From the NCBI RefSeq assembly GCF_006345805.1, contig NC_043019.1, positions 1,364,001 through 1,428,000 of the forward strand: 64,000 nt of DNA, given 5' to 3'. The position numbers and the translations under genes are program-made. Shown in pieces: positions 1 through 13,510 of the stretch; the stretch's first letter is position 1, and each line of letters starts with the position of its first letter. The notes under the pieces are model-generated. The model ran no database searches. It saw nothing but the letters and a program-made list of their open reading frames with translations, and was not told the origin of the DNA. Source of the DNA: Octopus sinensis. Lineage: Eukaryota.

Positions 1-113
1 CAAAATAGTGGTTTTGTCTCTAATAATATTTTATAATATTTTACTATAAAATTGGATTTAATCCTAAATCTGATTTTTTCCCTGTAAATTTGGATTTATT
101 CCCTAATATTTAT

Positions 114-185
<72 letters not shown>

Positions 186-329
186 GAACGAGCATCTCTG
201 TAAGCATAGCGCTTAATGGGATCGTTTCGAATTCACGTGTAGTTTCCTGTTGTTTCTTCCTCATATTTGGCACATTAGAAATTTGAATTTAAAATGAAAG
301 AATTATAAGGATAAATATGCATAGTTACG

Positions 330-433
330 GTGAAAGAGTACAGCAGGGTTCGCCACCATCCCCTGTAGGAACTCGTGGAGCTTTAGGTGTTTTCACCCAA
401 TAAGCTCCCTCAACGCGCAATGTGGGAATCAGA
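330..433 (-). mobile_element. Fragment of tRNA-derived SINE (type D)
   Basis: Reverse complement of the head/body of the copy at 61622-62005 (gaaagagtacagcaggg...ggagctttaggtgttttc). Confidence 0.7.
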
Positions 434-1089
434 ACACAGGTACGCAAACACAGATGCATTCACACACACACACACACACACATAAGCTCAATGTCTCATA
501 AACTATTGACACCCACATCTTCATAAATATAAATTGAGAATGCGTAATCAAGAAGGCCTACGCACCAGGTGCAGATCTGGAGCAGAGAAGTAATGTTCTT
601 GAGGAGGTGGAGAACAACTTCCAATATTTGTGGACTGGCATATTAGCTTGGCGATATCTATTAATATCCAGTACTGCTGACTTGAGAGATACTTAGAAAT
701 ATTAATATTCATATATATATATATATATTATATATATAATCAGCAACAACATTTAACATCCATATTTCTTCAGCTTACTATGTCATAAACTCACTATTTA
801 CACCCACATCTTCATAAATATAAATTGAGAATCTATATTTATGGGTTATGTGTATGGATGTATATACACACACATGCATACATACTTATATATATATGCA
901 TATAATTTTATATATATGCACATAAGTATATATATATACATATATGTATATAAGCATATATATATGTGTGTGTGTTGTGTGAGTGCATGTGAATGTAAAT
1001 ATACATATACACATATATGTGTATGTGTGTGTATTTTTTTGTACTTTCAGTTCAGAGCTGTGGCCATGCTGGAGCACCGCCGTTTTGCT

Positions 1090-1785
1090 ACACTATTATT
1101 ACTGAGTGCTTCCTCTAAAACCTGGCACTTGGTGAAGAATGGAGTTTGACGTGGCTACCCGCATTTGCACCTCTTGCCTTGAAGTAGGTTCATCTGGACT
1201 CTCGACTGGCACACGTCCAGTTTCGATTTGAAAACACCTACATCAACCTTGTGCAGGTCCCTAAGGTTCTTTGAGGGAATATTAAAAAGTTGTGGCCCCC
1301 TGAAACCCAGGCTGTTCCAGTCACATCGCAATGACATTGCTGGGATGTTTGGCACGGTGCAGTTTCAACCCTTTATGGCATTGGTGTAGCTTTCAATGCC
1401 AAAATTTGGTACAATTCTTTCCCGGATTTTCCAGATGTATATGCTGCATACCTCTCCCGCCTTCGCTCCATGGACCAGAGTCTTAACTGTTTCAGCCTTT
1501 CCCTGTAGCTGAACTGTTGCAATGAAACGATCTTCTTTGTGAAGCTTCGTTGGAATACTTCAAGGTCAACTGTTAAATATACACTGTTGGGTGACCATAG
1601 CTGGGATCAGTAATCTAGGCAGCTCTGGTTCTGAACGTTCTCAGGATAACATCGTGCGAGTCGTCTGCACATTGTCGCCATCCTGGTAATGTGCACTTGG
1701 AAAGAGGTATCATCACATATGTCGATACCCAGGTCTCTCTCTGATTTAGGCTCTCGGATGGAGTCCACACTGTATTATCTGTATA
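1090..1785 (-). mobile_element. 3' fragment of a CR1/L2-type non-LTR retrotransposon (end of ORF2), degenerate
   Basis: Minus-strand translations with frameshifts give SERDLGI, RLKQLRLWSMERRRERYAAYIWKI and NSLGFRGPQLFNIPSKNLRDLHKVDVGVFKSKLD (ORF 1155-1355). These are typical of the post-RT C-terminus of CR1-group LINEs. Confidence 0.8.
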
Positions 1786-1940
1786 TATATTATTGTGTCT
1801 TGTGGGGGATACTTTTTAGAGTGAATTGATATCTACTTGGACTTGTCTCCCTACTTCTTATATATATACATATATATACACACACACACACACATATATA
1901 TACATATGAATACACACACACAACACACACATATATATAT

Positions 1941-1988
<48 letters not shown>

Positions 1989-1990
1989 TG

Positions 1991-2210
1991 GCGGCGAGCT
2001 GGCAGAGCCGTTAGCACGCCGAGCGAAATGCTTAGCGTTATTTCGTCTGCCATTACTCTCTGAGTTCAAATTCCGCCGAGGCGGCTTTGATCCTTTCGGG
2101 GTCGATAAATTAAGTACCAGTTGCCTACTGGTGTCGATCTAATTGACTGGCCCCCCACTCTCGCAAAATTTCGGGTGTGTGTCTCGAGTAGAAAAGAATA
2201 TACCTATATA
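1991..2210 (+). mobile_element. tRNA-derived SINE (type B)
   Basis: ggcggcgagctggcaga...gagttcaaattccgccgagg (B-box-like)...ggggtcgataaattaagtaccag; homologous copies at 17483, 20526, 35089 and 60094. Confidence 0.85.
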
Positions 2211-2844
2211 TGTGTGTGTTTGCGTTTGTTTGTGTCAGTGTGTGTACTCACGTATATAAATTTTACATATATTTGCCTATATATTTATGTCTCTAGATGA
2301 GTGTGCATGAATGCATGCAAGTGTGTATTTATATATCCACGGGCATGTATAGCATGTATATATGAATGCTTCACTGTTCCAGATGCGACCAGTACTACTT
2401 GCGCAAAGTACAAAGTACAAATACATTTATTTAATCTTTAAACACTCCATAGAATTTGAAATTCGCCAGAGACGAATATTTATTTTGGTTGCTTGAATAA
2501 TTTGTCTTTCAATAATAGATGATAAATCGCACATATAAAATCAATTATGCTGTTACGTAGTTCACTGCTTCAGTTTCTATAGTCTATATATATGGTTTTA
2601 CAATTGAAAACATGCACGTAGTTCAACTCTATATAAGTTTAATTATATATTCTCTGTACCCATTTTGCACGAGTCTCTTACCAAAATGTTAGGTAAATTA
2701 ATTTAATTTTTCTGTTATAAATAACAAAGAAGCAAAAATAAAATCGATTTAACCGCAAGCAACAAAAAATACAGAAGAAATAATCTTTCAAGTGAATCTC
2801 CAAATCGCGTTGTATTTAAATATTATTTAAAACTCAAGCATATA

Positions 2845-3009
2845 GGCGCAGGAGTGGCTGTGTGGTAAGTAGCTTGCTTCCCAACCACATGGTTCCGGGT
2901 TCAGTCCCACTGCGTGGCACCTTGGGCAAGTGTCTTCTACTATAGCCTCGGGCCGACCAAAGCCTTTTGAGTGGATTTGGCAGACGGAAACTGAAGGAAG
3001 CCCGTCGTA

Positions 3010-3078
<69 letters not shown>

Positions 3079-3258
3079 ATAATTTTGTCACCCCAACATC
3101 GCCGAAACGTCCCCCGTAACTTAGTGGTTCACCAAAAGAGAACGATAGAAGAAGTACTAGGCTTACAAAGAATAAGTCCTGGGTTCGATTTGTTCGACTA
3201 AAGGCGGTGCTCCAGCATTGCTACAGTCAAATGACTCAAACAAGTAAAGAGTAAGAGT
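2845..3258 (+). mobile_element. tRNA-derived SINE (type A) with internal (TA)n
   Basis: ggcgcaggagtggctgtgtggtaag (A box)...ggttccgggttcagtccc (B box)...gaagcccgtcg-(TA)n...ggcggtgctccagcat...aagagtaagag tail; many homologous copies in the window. Confidence 0.9.
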
Positions 3259-3336
3259 ATATGTATCATTTACTGATGCACAAAACTTTGAATGTTGGAC
3301 TTAGGTACCAGAAAACTTACATCATGAATCATATAT

Positions 3337-3720
3337 ACGGGGGAGGGACATAATAAAGTTTTTATCTTGTTGCTGGTATTTTCTGAAAAATAAGTGGGTC
3401 GGATGCAATATGATATTCACCACCTAAATCCATCCGGTATCATTATATTTTATATTATATAACAGTTTATCCAAATTAAAGCATTCTTGTAGAAGTTTAT
3501 ATAGTAGATATAAATAATCCAGTGCAAGACTCAATAGTTGGCCTGAGAATCCAAGACGTTACTGTGTTTCTATACGTGAATTTGTTTTGAGTACAGAAAT
3601 GGTTGCACAACACTTAACCTACTTTTCGACGCAGCTGCACTCCAGCTTCTTTGTGAGTTTACCCTCTCCTACAAAAATTAGGGGTACTTCATTCTCAGTG
3701 ATTCATACACTAATCAATAC
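3337..3720 (-). mobile_element. Highly degenerate mariner-like remnant
   Basis: TIR-like tacggggagggacataataaag at 3337 and weak similarity of minus-strand frames to a mariner transposase C-terminus. Confidence 0.35.
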
Positions 3721-3912
3721 ATTGCTCAGACCCTAACAGGTGTTAATCTCCGATATGACTGCGAATTCTGATAGGAACCTGTGTAAGGGTTGCCTGAGGT
3801 TTCTCCAGAAGTATCCTAGGGACGATAGATGGACGTACATACATTTAGTTATTTATTTATATTTATAAAGTGTGTGTGTGTGTGTGTGTGAATGTGTGCA
3901 TGTGTATGTATA

Positions 3913-4236
3913 GGGCGCGTGGTGGAGTGGTTATGTGTATTTGGGCTCACGATTGCAAGGTCGTGAGTTCAATTCTCGGTGACGCGTTGTGTCTTTGTGG
4001 AATACACTTTATTTGAGATTGCTCCAGCCCAATCAGCTGGCAAAAATGAATAATATTTGTATTTCTAAGGGCCAGTCTGGTTACATTTTGTGTCACGGTG
4101 AATCTCCCTGACAACTACAATAACGCTACATGTTCCTGAGGAGTGCTCAGCGACTTGCACGCTAACTTTACGAGCAGGCTCTTCCGTTGATGGATCAACA
4201 GAAATCCCCTTTGCCGTAGCCGACGGATTGCCATAT
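3913..4236 (+). mobile_element. tRNA-derived SINE (type C head), diverged
   Basis: ggcgcgtggtggagtggtt...gtgagttcaattc head; 3' part homologous to the 3' part of 61622-62005. Confidence 0.8.
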
Positions 4237-4261
4237 ATATAATATATAATATATATATATC

Positions 4262-4324
<63 letters not shown>

Positions 4325-4717
4325 TACATATTTATATATGAGGATAATATCGATATTTAAGTATCCATATTATCTAGTGGCCAGCATGGAAAAAATACCG
4401 TACAAAGGTAATAATTTTTAACAATTTTTAACAATTTTTAATTGTTAAAAATTATTACCTTTGTACGGTATTTTTCCCATGCTGGCCACTAGATAATATG
4501 ATACTTAAATATCGATATTATCCTCATATATAAATATATATAATTCGTTATTATTTTCACTGCGGTGTTATTTTAACCGTGTCGTACTTTGGGATGATTC
4601 GGCGGGTAATTTAACTGGCCGCGTGCATACGTGCATATGTATTTATGTATGACGTTCGTATATGTAAGTATATCGTTTGTTCTGCATGTATATATCTGTA
4701 TTTATGTACTCTGATAT

Positions 4718-4776
4718 ATTCAACCGATGACGGTAAAGCTTATTTAAAGCAAAACCAGAAATCCTGGATCTTGAAT
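4718..4776 (+). ncRNA. Minimal type I hammerhead ribozyme motif (variant core)
   Basis: Stem I attcaa/ttgaat; core CCGAUGA (U4C variant of CUGANGA); stem II ggt..gctt/aagc..acc; GAAA at 4758; stem III AUCC-U-GGAU; AUC triplet with predicted cleavage after 4770. Confidence 0.7.
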
Positions 4777-5196
4777 TATTCAATAATTTTTGCTTGTATA
4801 TTTTGTCTATCTGTCTTATCTCATGGTGCGACACGAACCCTTAACGTGGTTTTTATAGTCAGAGTTTCGACTGCTATTCGGCATGTTGGGGTCTCTTAGA
4901 CACCCTCATTTTTAATTGTTAAAAATTATTACCTTTGTACGGTATTTTTCCCATGCTGGCCACTAGATAATATGGATAGTTAAATATCGATATTATCCTC
5001 ATATATAAATATATATAATTCGTTATTATTTTCACTGCGGTGTTTATTTTAACCGTGTCGTACTTTGGGATGATTCGGCGGGTAATTAACTGGCGCGCGC
5101 GTGCATTGTGCATATGTATTTATGTATGGACGTTCGTATATGTAAGTATATCGTTTGTTCTGCATGTATATATCTGTATTTATGTACTCTTGATAT

Positions 5197-5255
5197 ATTC
5201 AACCGATGACGGTAAAGCTTATTTAAAGCAACACCAGAAATCCTGGATCTTGAAT
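5197..5255 (+). ncRNA. Minimal type I hammerhead ribozyme motif (second tandem copy)
   Basis: Same elements as 4718-4776, 479 bp downstream; predicted cleavage after 5249. Confidence 0.7.
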
Positions 5256-5402
5256 TATTCAATAATTTTTGCTTGTATATTTTGTCTATCTGTCTTATCT
5301 CATGGTGCGACACGAACCCTTAACGTGGTTTTTATAGTCAGAGTTTCGACTGCTATTTCGGCATGTTGGTGTCTCTTAGACACCCTCATTTTTAATTATA
5401 AA

Positions 5403-5443
<41 letters not shown>

Positions 5444-5451
5444 TATATATG

Positions 5452-5499
<48 letters not shown>

Positions 5500-5944
5500 A
5501 TATATGTATAATATATATATATTATATATATATATATATAATATATATATATATGTATATATATAAGTGAATAACATGACTTTTGTAACCAATATATATC
5601 TCTTTAACAAAGAAACTCTTATACAATAATATCTATATGTATAATTTCGTTATGAGAAAAATAAAAAAAATTCATATAGATATTGGTGCATATTTTTGCT
5701 TGTAAGTATATATTATGCATGTTGCTTCTATTTGTTGCCCACACGCATGGACTTATGTGTATGCAGAAGAATAATATTGTAATAACCCTGGTCTAACTGT
5801 ATGTTATATGTATATATTGACTGAGGTTTTAAAATTTATAAGATTATATCCCTCGTAACTAACTATCTGTTTATATTATATCGTAGTATAAGGTATATTG
5901 GAATCTACTATATGTATCGTGAAGTGAAGATTACACTGAATCTA

Positions 5945-6125
5945 ATATTATTATTATTATATTATTATAATTATTTATTATTATTATTATATTATGATTA
6001 TTATTATTGATAATATTATTATTATTATTATTATTATGATAATATAATAATAATAATAATAATAAAATAAAATAAAATAATAATAATAATAATAATGATA
6101 ATAATAATAATATTAGTAATAATTA
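5945..6125. repeat. (ATT)n followed by (AAT)n microsatellite
   Basis: Direct inspection; the two halves are mutually complementary. Confidence 0.95.
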
Positions 6126-6764
6126 AATATTGTATGTGTATTTATGAATATGGATGTATATGTATGTTCAAGTATATATGTGTATATATATATATATATG
6201 TATATGATTAATTGTCTATATTCTGGTATGTATTCTTGTACATATGTTTAATTGTGCCTATTTATGTACATGCATGGATATATATATGTTGTTTATGTAT
6301 ATATATATATATATATGGATATATATTTATATATATATATTAAATTGTCCGTGTATCCTGTTTCATGTATATATTTATATTTTGAAAGTACTTTATAATC
6401 TCTGACGTGGCCTTTGAATATATATATATATATAAGTACCCCATTTTTAACTGCCTACAACCTCAATATAATTGACAAGTATAGGCACACAAAAAATTAC
6501 TTTTTTCCATAAGCTGAGACAGCTGCTGTAAGTGATTTTAATGATTCTAACAATTTATATTAATGTTGTTGTTTTTTAATAACTACCTGTATTCTTATCT
6601 TTAATGCATTGAATTACATACTGTACATATGTATTTTATTATGGTTGTAGTTTTGTTAATTGAATAAGACAACATTCTAATATCCTAAAGCTGATAAATC
6701 AACTAATGTGTTTCTCCATTTTCTTATTATATATATATATACACACGCACACACACACACATAC

Positions 6765-6797
<33 letters not shown>

Positions 6798-7988
6798 CAA
6801 TTAGCTTACAGCAGTGGGCTAACAATATACGTAATGTCTACGCTTATTACTTGGTGACCACTTGCATGTCCCGTAGCTAATTGAATACTTGACTAAATTA
6901 AAATATGGTATAGTTCATTTAAAAGAACCAGTGCTTCTCTAAAATACACAAATAAGTTTAGTCAAAAATGTGCCACGATAGAATTGGGTGTAGAAAGTTT
7001 TGCTTCACCTTCATAGCACATTAGCTTCCATATTTCTGTGTCATATTCGCTGTAGATTTGCACGGTGTACAAGCGTACTCTCTAAACTTTTCTGTGGGTC
7101 AATGAAGACGCTTTTGACATCCTACGTGGAATTTGGGTTTGTATCCCCGAAGCAAACTTCGTTCCCACACCTTTTTGCACTTAAATATATAGATCCTAAT
7201 GAAAGGAATCCTGTTTGTATGTACCGTATAATATAACTTCCGGGGTAAAACGTAATCAAACCAGAGACAGACGAACGCTTGATTTCTTCTTTAAATCATT
7301 TTTGTTCTCTTACTGTAGTGTTCTCAGCCGTCCTCAGGAGATCTCTACGACGGTATTAGAAAAGCGCAAGCCATAAGAATTCTTAAGCATACTTATTTAG
7401 CAGAATTTGGCCAAATCGGAAGAAGCCCAACACATTATATAATCATTGGTGATGTGAAACAAAAACAACAAAAAATAATGATTTATTACAGAGAAGCTTT
7501 CGTAAATGATCTTAATTCAAAAAATTTACTAAATATCAAAGTAAAATAAAAACAAAATATAATCTATTCTACATAAGATTTCGTATAAGATCTAATTTGA
7601 TAAATTTAATACTAATTCTAACTGAACATTGGTGATGTGAAACGAAAACGAAAGAAAAATTTTGCGACGAAATATCATCAATAAGAGAAGCAACAAAGAA
7701 TAAATTTGTACTTAATCCATCTCATTTCTCTTGATTTTCAAAAAAGAGGCAATTATTATAATTAAATTCTACTGAAGCTAGCTAAACGAACGGAATCTGC
7801 GAATCGTGTCAAAGCTGATATATTAAAGACATTGAGTTGGGTGGCAAAACTGTCAAATCTGAGGAAAATTATAGCTCCAAAAACTACAGTTATGCCATAA
7901 TATGCGCGTTTATGCGCATGTATGTATGCATACGCACAGACATACACGCATGCAATCACAAAATGTAAAGATTACGATCTACTGAAAG

Positions 7989-8480
7989 TATTTGGTTGTC
8001 CGGAAAGTTCGTGCCGATTTTTAAAGGAGAGAAAAATGTCAATAAATACGTACCATTACATTTTTAATCAACCAAATATGAAACATTCTATTGCACAACG
8101 CGTTTCCATCTTTCAGTTAACTTGAAAATACCCTCTCCACAGAATTGAGGTGGTTTCATGGCAAAGAATTCATCAAGGTATCTTTTTACATCTTCCAAGA
8201 AATTGAAATTTTTAACATTAAGACTATTCTGCAGAGACCTGAATAAATGGAAATCCGAAGGAGCAGCATCTGGTGAATATGGAGCGTGGAGTAACATATC
8301 CCAGCCGAGTTGCAGCAATTTTTCTCTAGTTCCCAAAGCATCAAGTGCCGAAAATGAACTTTCTTATTTTCCATTTTATAGGGTTACAGAATTAACACAG
8401 GTTATAGGAACATAAACCTCTTCCACGAAAAGATAGCTTAAACTGTGCTCTAAATGGAGGTGTAGTCAAATCCTATTTTA
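7989..8480 (-). mobile_element. Internally deleted mariner transposon
   Basis: ORF 8088-8336 ...LGWDMLLHAPYSPDAAPSDFHLFRSLQ... (YSPDLAP(S)D motif) is fused directly to an N-terminal MENKKVHFRHLMLWE piece. TA plus TIR tttggttgtccggaaagttcgtgccgatttt at 7989-8021. Confidence 0.9.
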
Positions 8481-8539
8481 TGGACTTAAACATGTTCTAA
8501 AATAAGTCGAAAGATAAGTACTGGTTGGCACATGTTGTT

Positions 8540-8857
8540 AGTACTTGTTCGCACTCAGTCAGTTATGATGACGAGGGGTCCAGTTGTCCCGTCAATGAAA
8601 CAGCTTGCTCGTGTAATTAACTCTCACCCGAACACTCCATATCCTTAACGTGGTTCTCAGGAAGATTCAGCGTGACACGAAATGTGACAAAGATGGCACT
8701 TTGAAATAGAGTTACAACTCATTTTTGCCATTTTTGTGAACTGAAATTACGTGAAATAAAGTGTGTTGCTGAAGTGCACGACGTGCCGCAGGGAATCGAA
8801 ATCATTACCTTATAATCACGAGTCGAATTCCCTAACCACTAAGCTACACGCCATCAC
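8540..8857 (-). mobile_element. tRNA-derived SINE (type C), diverged
   Basis: Reverse complement begins gtgatggcgtgtagcttagtggttaggg and has the same 3' module as 3913-4236. Confidence 0.75.
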
Positions 8858-11087
8858 ATGTTAATTAGTATAAACAGATAAAAAAAGAGAAAGACATTTG
8901 GTACAGGAAGACGTGGGTATCCCGTGTTTTCAGCAAAGGAGTTTATTTTACACCCCCAGATTTTTGCAGAGTTTTTCAAACTACACCGATACCACACACA
9001 CACACACACACACACAACACACACACACACACACACCACACACACACACACACACACACTCACACACTCACACACACACACACAGCTCCATCACCATAAA
9101 TGTTTTTTCTCAATTCTTTTCAAAATTGTTTCGGGATTTCCACGGAGTTTTTCTGGAAAATATATATATATTTTCATAATTTTAATTTTGTTAGAAAATC
9201 ATCCCCCTTACCCTCCACCACATTTATGCCAACTTTGCAGATATTATTGAACTCGTTTGCGCATTTACGCACTCATGAATTCTGGATGAAGCGATACATG
9301 AGATGAAAGAGGACTCAAAATAGATGCTCAACATTCTTGAAATAAGAAGAAAATTTGATATGTTATGTTTTCTAAAATTCAGGGTTTTTTTTACACCAAT
9401 CCCTCGTTTACCCTATTTCGATAGAGATACACGATGGATATGCGTCGATGCCTATTGAACCAGGAAATGAAATTATTATAACCTCGATGTGGGCGCATGA
9501 TATTCTACATATAACAGCTAAAACTCCGAAAAATGATTTTTTCAAAAACATTTTTCTTTTTCATAACATCGCCTCTTCTGTTTTTCGGTTTAATGAAACT
9601 CTTTGTCACTTCATACACAGAATCTGTTAACCATAACACCCATAATAAACATTTCTTCTTCAAAGTGCCTAATATTTAAGTTCTTCACAATCAGTGTATA
9701 CCCTAAACACCATTCCAAGTTAACGATATTGCAAATATGCTATCCGAAGGCACATTAATGTTCTTTATAATATTTGCCAATATATTATCCCTTACAAATC
9801 CGCTTAAAAGGAATAATATCTAACTTCAAAATACCAGTACACGAGCTATATCTTTAGACTTCCACTTCTTATTCGCTAGTACACCAGGTTCAATTAATTA
9901 AGAAAACTACAACTCCCTACCTGCATTGTTTCCTACTTAGATACAGACGAATAAGCATTTTACAAGTGGCAGTTACTCTTTAATAAGCAAACAAATATGA
10001 AGTGCGAAAGAAATTTACTATTGTTATATGTTATGCTTGAGAGATACATTATATGTGTTTGATGCGAGAATATTGATTATTTTCTACAGATTTATGATAT
10101 TTGACCGGGGAATGCCTTAGTAAAATTTCTGACTTTGTACAAAGTAGAAACCTGAAGAAGATATATTTTTTTATTTGTTATATGTCCTACTGATGTCTGT
10201 ATTCACTCTTGCATGAACAAATTTATCCCATATGCGACCCTCTGGTCATGTGAATATCACTATGACTCCATTCTGTAACACAACATTCTACAATTCGTGA
10301 CGATATTGGATGACTTAATACAGGCCAATATGAGTGTTAGTTTACTCATGTCGTTGGCACTTGAATAATTATATCTAATATACGAGTGGAGGAGGTTTTA
10401 TAGGTGCATAACATATTCAGGTGTGACGTTGTCTTTTAATAATGGACAAAGTTCAGACAATTCATATCGTGTAGAATTACCTCGATATCAACAAACATTG
10501 AAGTGTGAAGACATATGCATATGTGCGTAAGTATGCATATATATATATATATACATGTGTGTGTGTGTCTTTTGTTTGTATGGTTGTATGCATATGTACG
10601 TTTTAAATGTATATATCATTTTCCGAACTATACCGAGCATGTTCTAGCGTAGGGTAGTAATAACACTTACAGTTGAATACATCATAGAATTTCATGTGGC
10701 TTATATTTTGAAATTTACTTTCAGTTTTAAGAAATATTTTCTGTTTATGCAATACATTTTATGGGGGATGAATATAAAATGAAATATGATGCTATACAGT
10801 TCAATATATTTAGTTCAATATCTCAATACCGATTTCTGTAAACGAAATCATACAACTACAATTTCGCAATAAGTTCTCTGGTATGTAATTGTAATAGTAT
10901 TATATACTGCCCATTAATAGTAAGTATTGTAAGCGAAACACAGAGTGATGGATTTAAATTGACCCTAGACATCAGTGACATGCAAAATTCATCGATTTAA
11001 CATCAACCAACTACATATATTTACAACTGATTATACATATCACTTTATTTTGAAGTATCATATATATATATACATAAACACACACAC

Positions 11088-11159
<72 letters not shown>

Positions 11160-11160
<1 letters not shown>

Positions 11161-11335
11161 CAAAGAGAAAACACAACAACGTGAGGACATGGAACGAGTA
11201 TAGTGTTATTGGACGCTCAGGAAAGGAAAGAAAGAAGGAGGATTTAATGTTTCGAGCAGAGCTCTTCGTCAGAAACATAGGAAAAGGAAAGATCCAAGGA
11301 AGAGAAGACGCAAAACAGTTTGATTCAAATCTGTT
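11160..11335 (-). mobile_element. Short hammerhead-bearing interspersed repeat (Penelope-like pLTR fragment), adjacent to (TA)n
   Basis: Homologous to 38725-38900; contains CUGACGA...GAAA on the minus strand. Confidence 0.7.
11242..11276 (-). ncRNA. Minimal type I hammerhead motif
   Basis: gttt-CUGACGA-a-gagc-ucu-gcuc-GAAA-cau-u-aaau; stem III palindrome broken (ACAU rather than ACGU). Confidence 0.55.
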
Positions 11336-12898
11336 GGTACTCTTGAGTTTCAAGCATGATGCTAGTCGCCAACCATTTATATATACATTCCGTATACTGA
11401 AGCGAAATTTGAAAATCTTGCAGCTCTGAAATGGAAATATTTCATTAGATATCATCGAGGCAAGTGAAAGATTATAGAGTCTATTTGATATTTTCTGACA
11501 TCCTCTAAAAAGAGTATTAATAATGTCCACAATTTAAGGAAAATATACATTTCCATATAATCGGATAGATATCAATATCCGGTAAACACGAGTAAATATT
11601 CTACCGTTGGGGATTTTATTTATAATTTATAATATAAACTCCGTGCGAATAAACTCGTGAAATGTCTGTTCCGAACTAGAATATATAGTATTTCAAATAA
11701 AGCTTTTTATCTGGGAAAATATTTACGGTTAGTGTCGATATAAGTGGTAGAGAAGTGAACAGACTTTCAGAAAGACGATGATTATCTTCATAAAATTGGT
11801 GTTATTATTGGAATATAGCTTTGTTCGAGCAGACCAACGATCACAGTTGCTCAAGATTTGGCCCTGCCGGTCTTGACACATTGGTTTATTTCAAGCAATA
11901 TAGTTTAACTGTAAATATAGCCTCTTTGTAGCTCAATATTGTTAAATATATATGAGTGATACACTTTACAACATAATATTTTTAATCTCTTAACTTATTG
12001 AAATTTACTTTAAATTGCCTAGTGAAAACGTGTCCTCTCAAACCTAATAATGTCACTAATATTCTGTAAGTGGGTGCCCTAGTTTTTTCTATCCTAATTT
12101 CATTCTATCCTAATCTACTCTGGACATATTACGTAAATCTGCGTTCGAATTTCACCTGCAACATTTACAAGTCTCCAATCTTAATGCCTTGTACATTTTG
12201 GTTTCAATTATAAATATTTTTTTTCGTGTTTCCTCGGTTTTTGATGCTACTCTGTTCTTCCTAATCGTAATACTTTTTACAGAAAAATGTTGTTTTGGAT
12301 TCATTTATCTTTCCGTGTTCCATTTTCGCATTTATACCATTATAAGAAGTATCAAAACATATTTCAAGAAAGATTACTTAACACTACAACACTCCATTAT
12401 ATCTTGTTCCGTTTCTTTATGAAGACATGCACACAAAATCGAAATATATCGAATGATAAACGGACACAAGGTTAGCAACTGACTTCTGAACGTTGAAGTA
12501 AAACATAGAGGGTCTCCCAAAGAACTGTCGCCGTTGCAAAATACTAAAACTAGAAAAGGAGAGATGAAAAATGATACTGAGAACGAAGAGCAAAATATTG
12601 CTTCGGTCAGAGCCTTTACGTGCAAGTTTGACCTGATAGAATCAACAAATAAATTTTACGTAAAACTTGTACTTTAGAATATAATGGATAAAATATTATA
12701 TGCAAGTTGCTCTTAAGCAATAATTCAAAATCACACACAAGAAAAAATATTAAGACGCTAAATATGGAAGAAATGCTTCAGATTCCTTATTCTCCTAACC
12801 CTGCTACATCTGCATGTCACCTTTTCACAATATTACAATATTATTTTGAGAGAAAATAGAGATTGAGAGCGACATCATGAGAGGGCTTCCATTGTGTA

Positions 12899-13128
12899 TA
12901 CTCTTACTCCTTTACTCTTTTACTTGTTTCAGTCATTTGACTGCGGCCATACTGGAGCACCGCCTTCAATCGAGCAACTTGACCCCGGGACTTATTCTTT
13001 TGTAAGCCCAGTATGTATTCTATCGGTCTCTTTTGCCGAACCGCTAAGTAACGGGGACATAAACACACCGGCTTCGGTTGTCAAGCAATGCTAGGGGGAC
13101 GAACACAGACACAAACACACACACACAG

Positions 13129-13186
<58 letters not shown>

Positions 13187-13344
13187 GACGGGCTTCTTTC
13201 AGTTTCCGTCTACCAAATCCACTCACAAGGCATTGGTCGGCCCGAGGCCAAAGTAGAAGACACTTGCCCAACGTGCCCAGTGGGACTGAACCCGGAACCA
13301 TTTGGTTGGTAAACAAGCTACTTACCACACAGCCACTCCTGCGT
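12899..13344 (-). mobile_element. tRNA-derived SINE (type A), full length
   Basis: Reverse complement of the type A consensus, with internal (TA)n(TG)n. Confidence 0.9.
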
Positions 13345-13510
13345 ATATATGCAAACAATATTCCTTTGAGTCAAGATATCCTGTGGAAAGCTTCTTTTAA
13401 CTCATTCCCTGTCCTGTGCATCACAAGTGATACGCAGAATATATTTCCCCGTTGTTCATGTATCATATGTGATACACATTCCTAATTTTCTTCAAACAAC
13501 AGAATAATTG

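Larger units (their letters stand above)
4328..5397 (+). mobile_element. Non-coding ~474/480-bp head-to-tail tandem repeat with a hammerhead in each unit, preceded by an inverted ~98-bp copy (retrozyme or Penelope pLTR-like)
   Basis: Unit 1 is 4434-4907 and unit 2 is 4908-5387, near-identical. 4328-4425 is the reverse complement of 4441-4537. The block is flanked on both sides by (TA)n. Confidence 0.85.
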
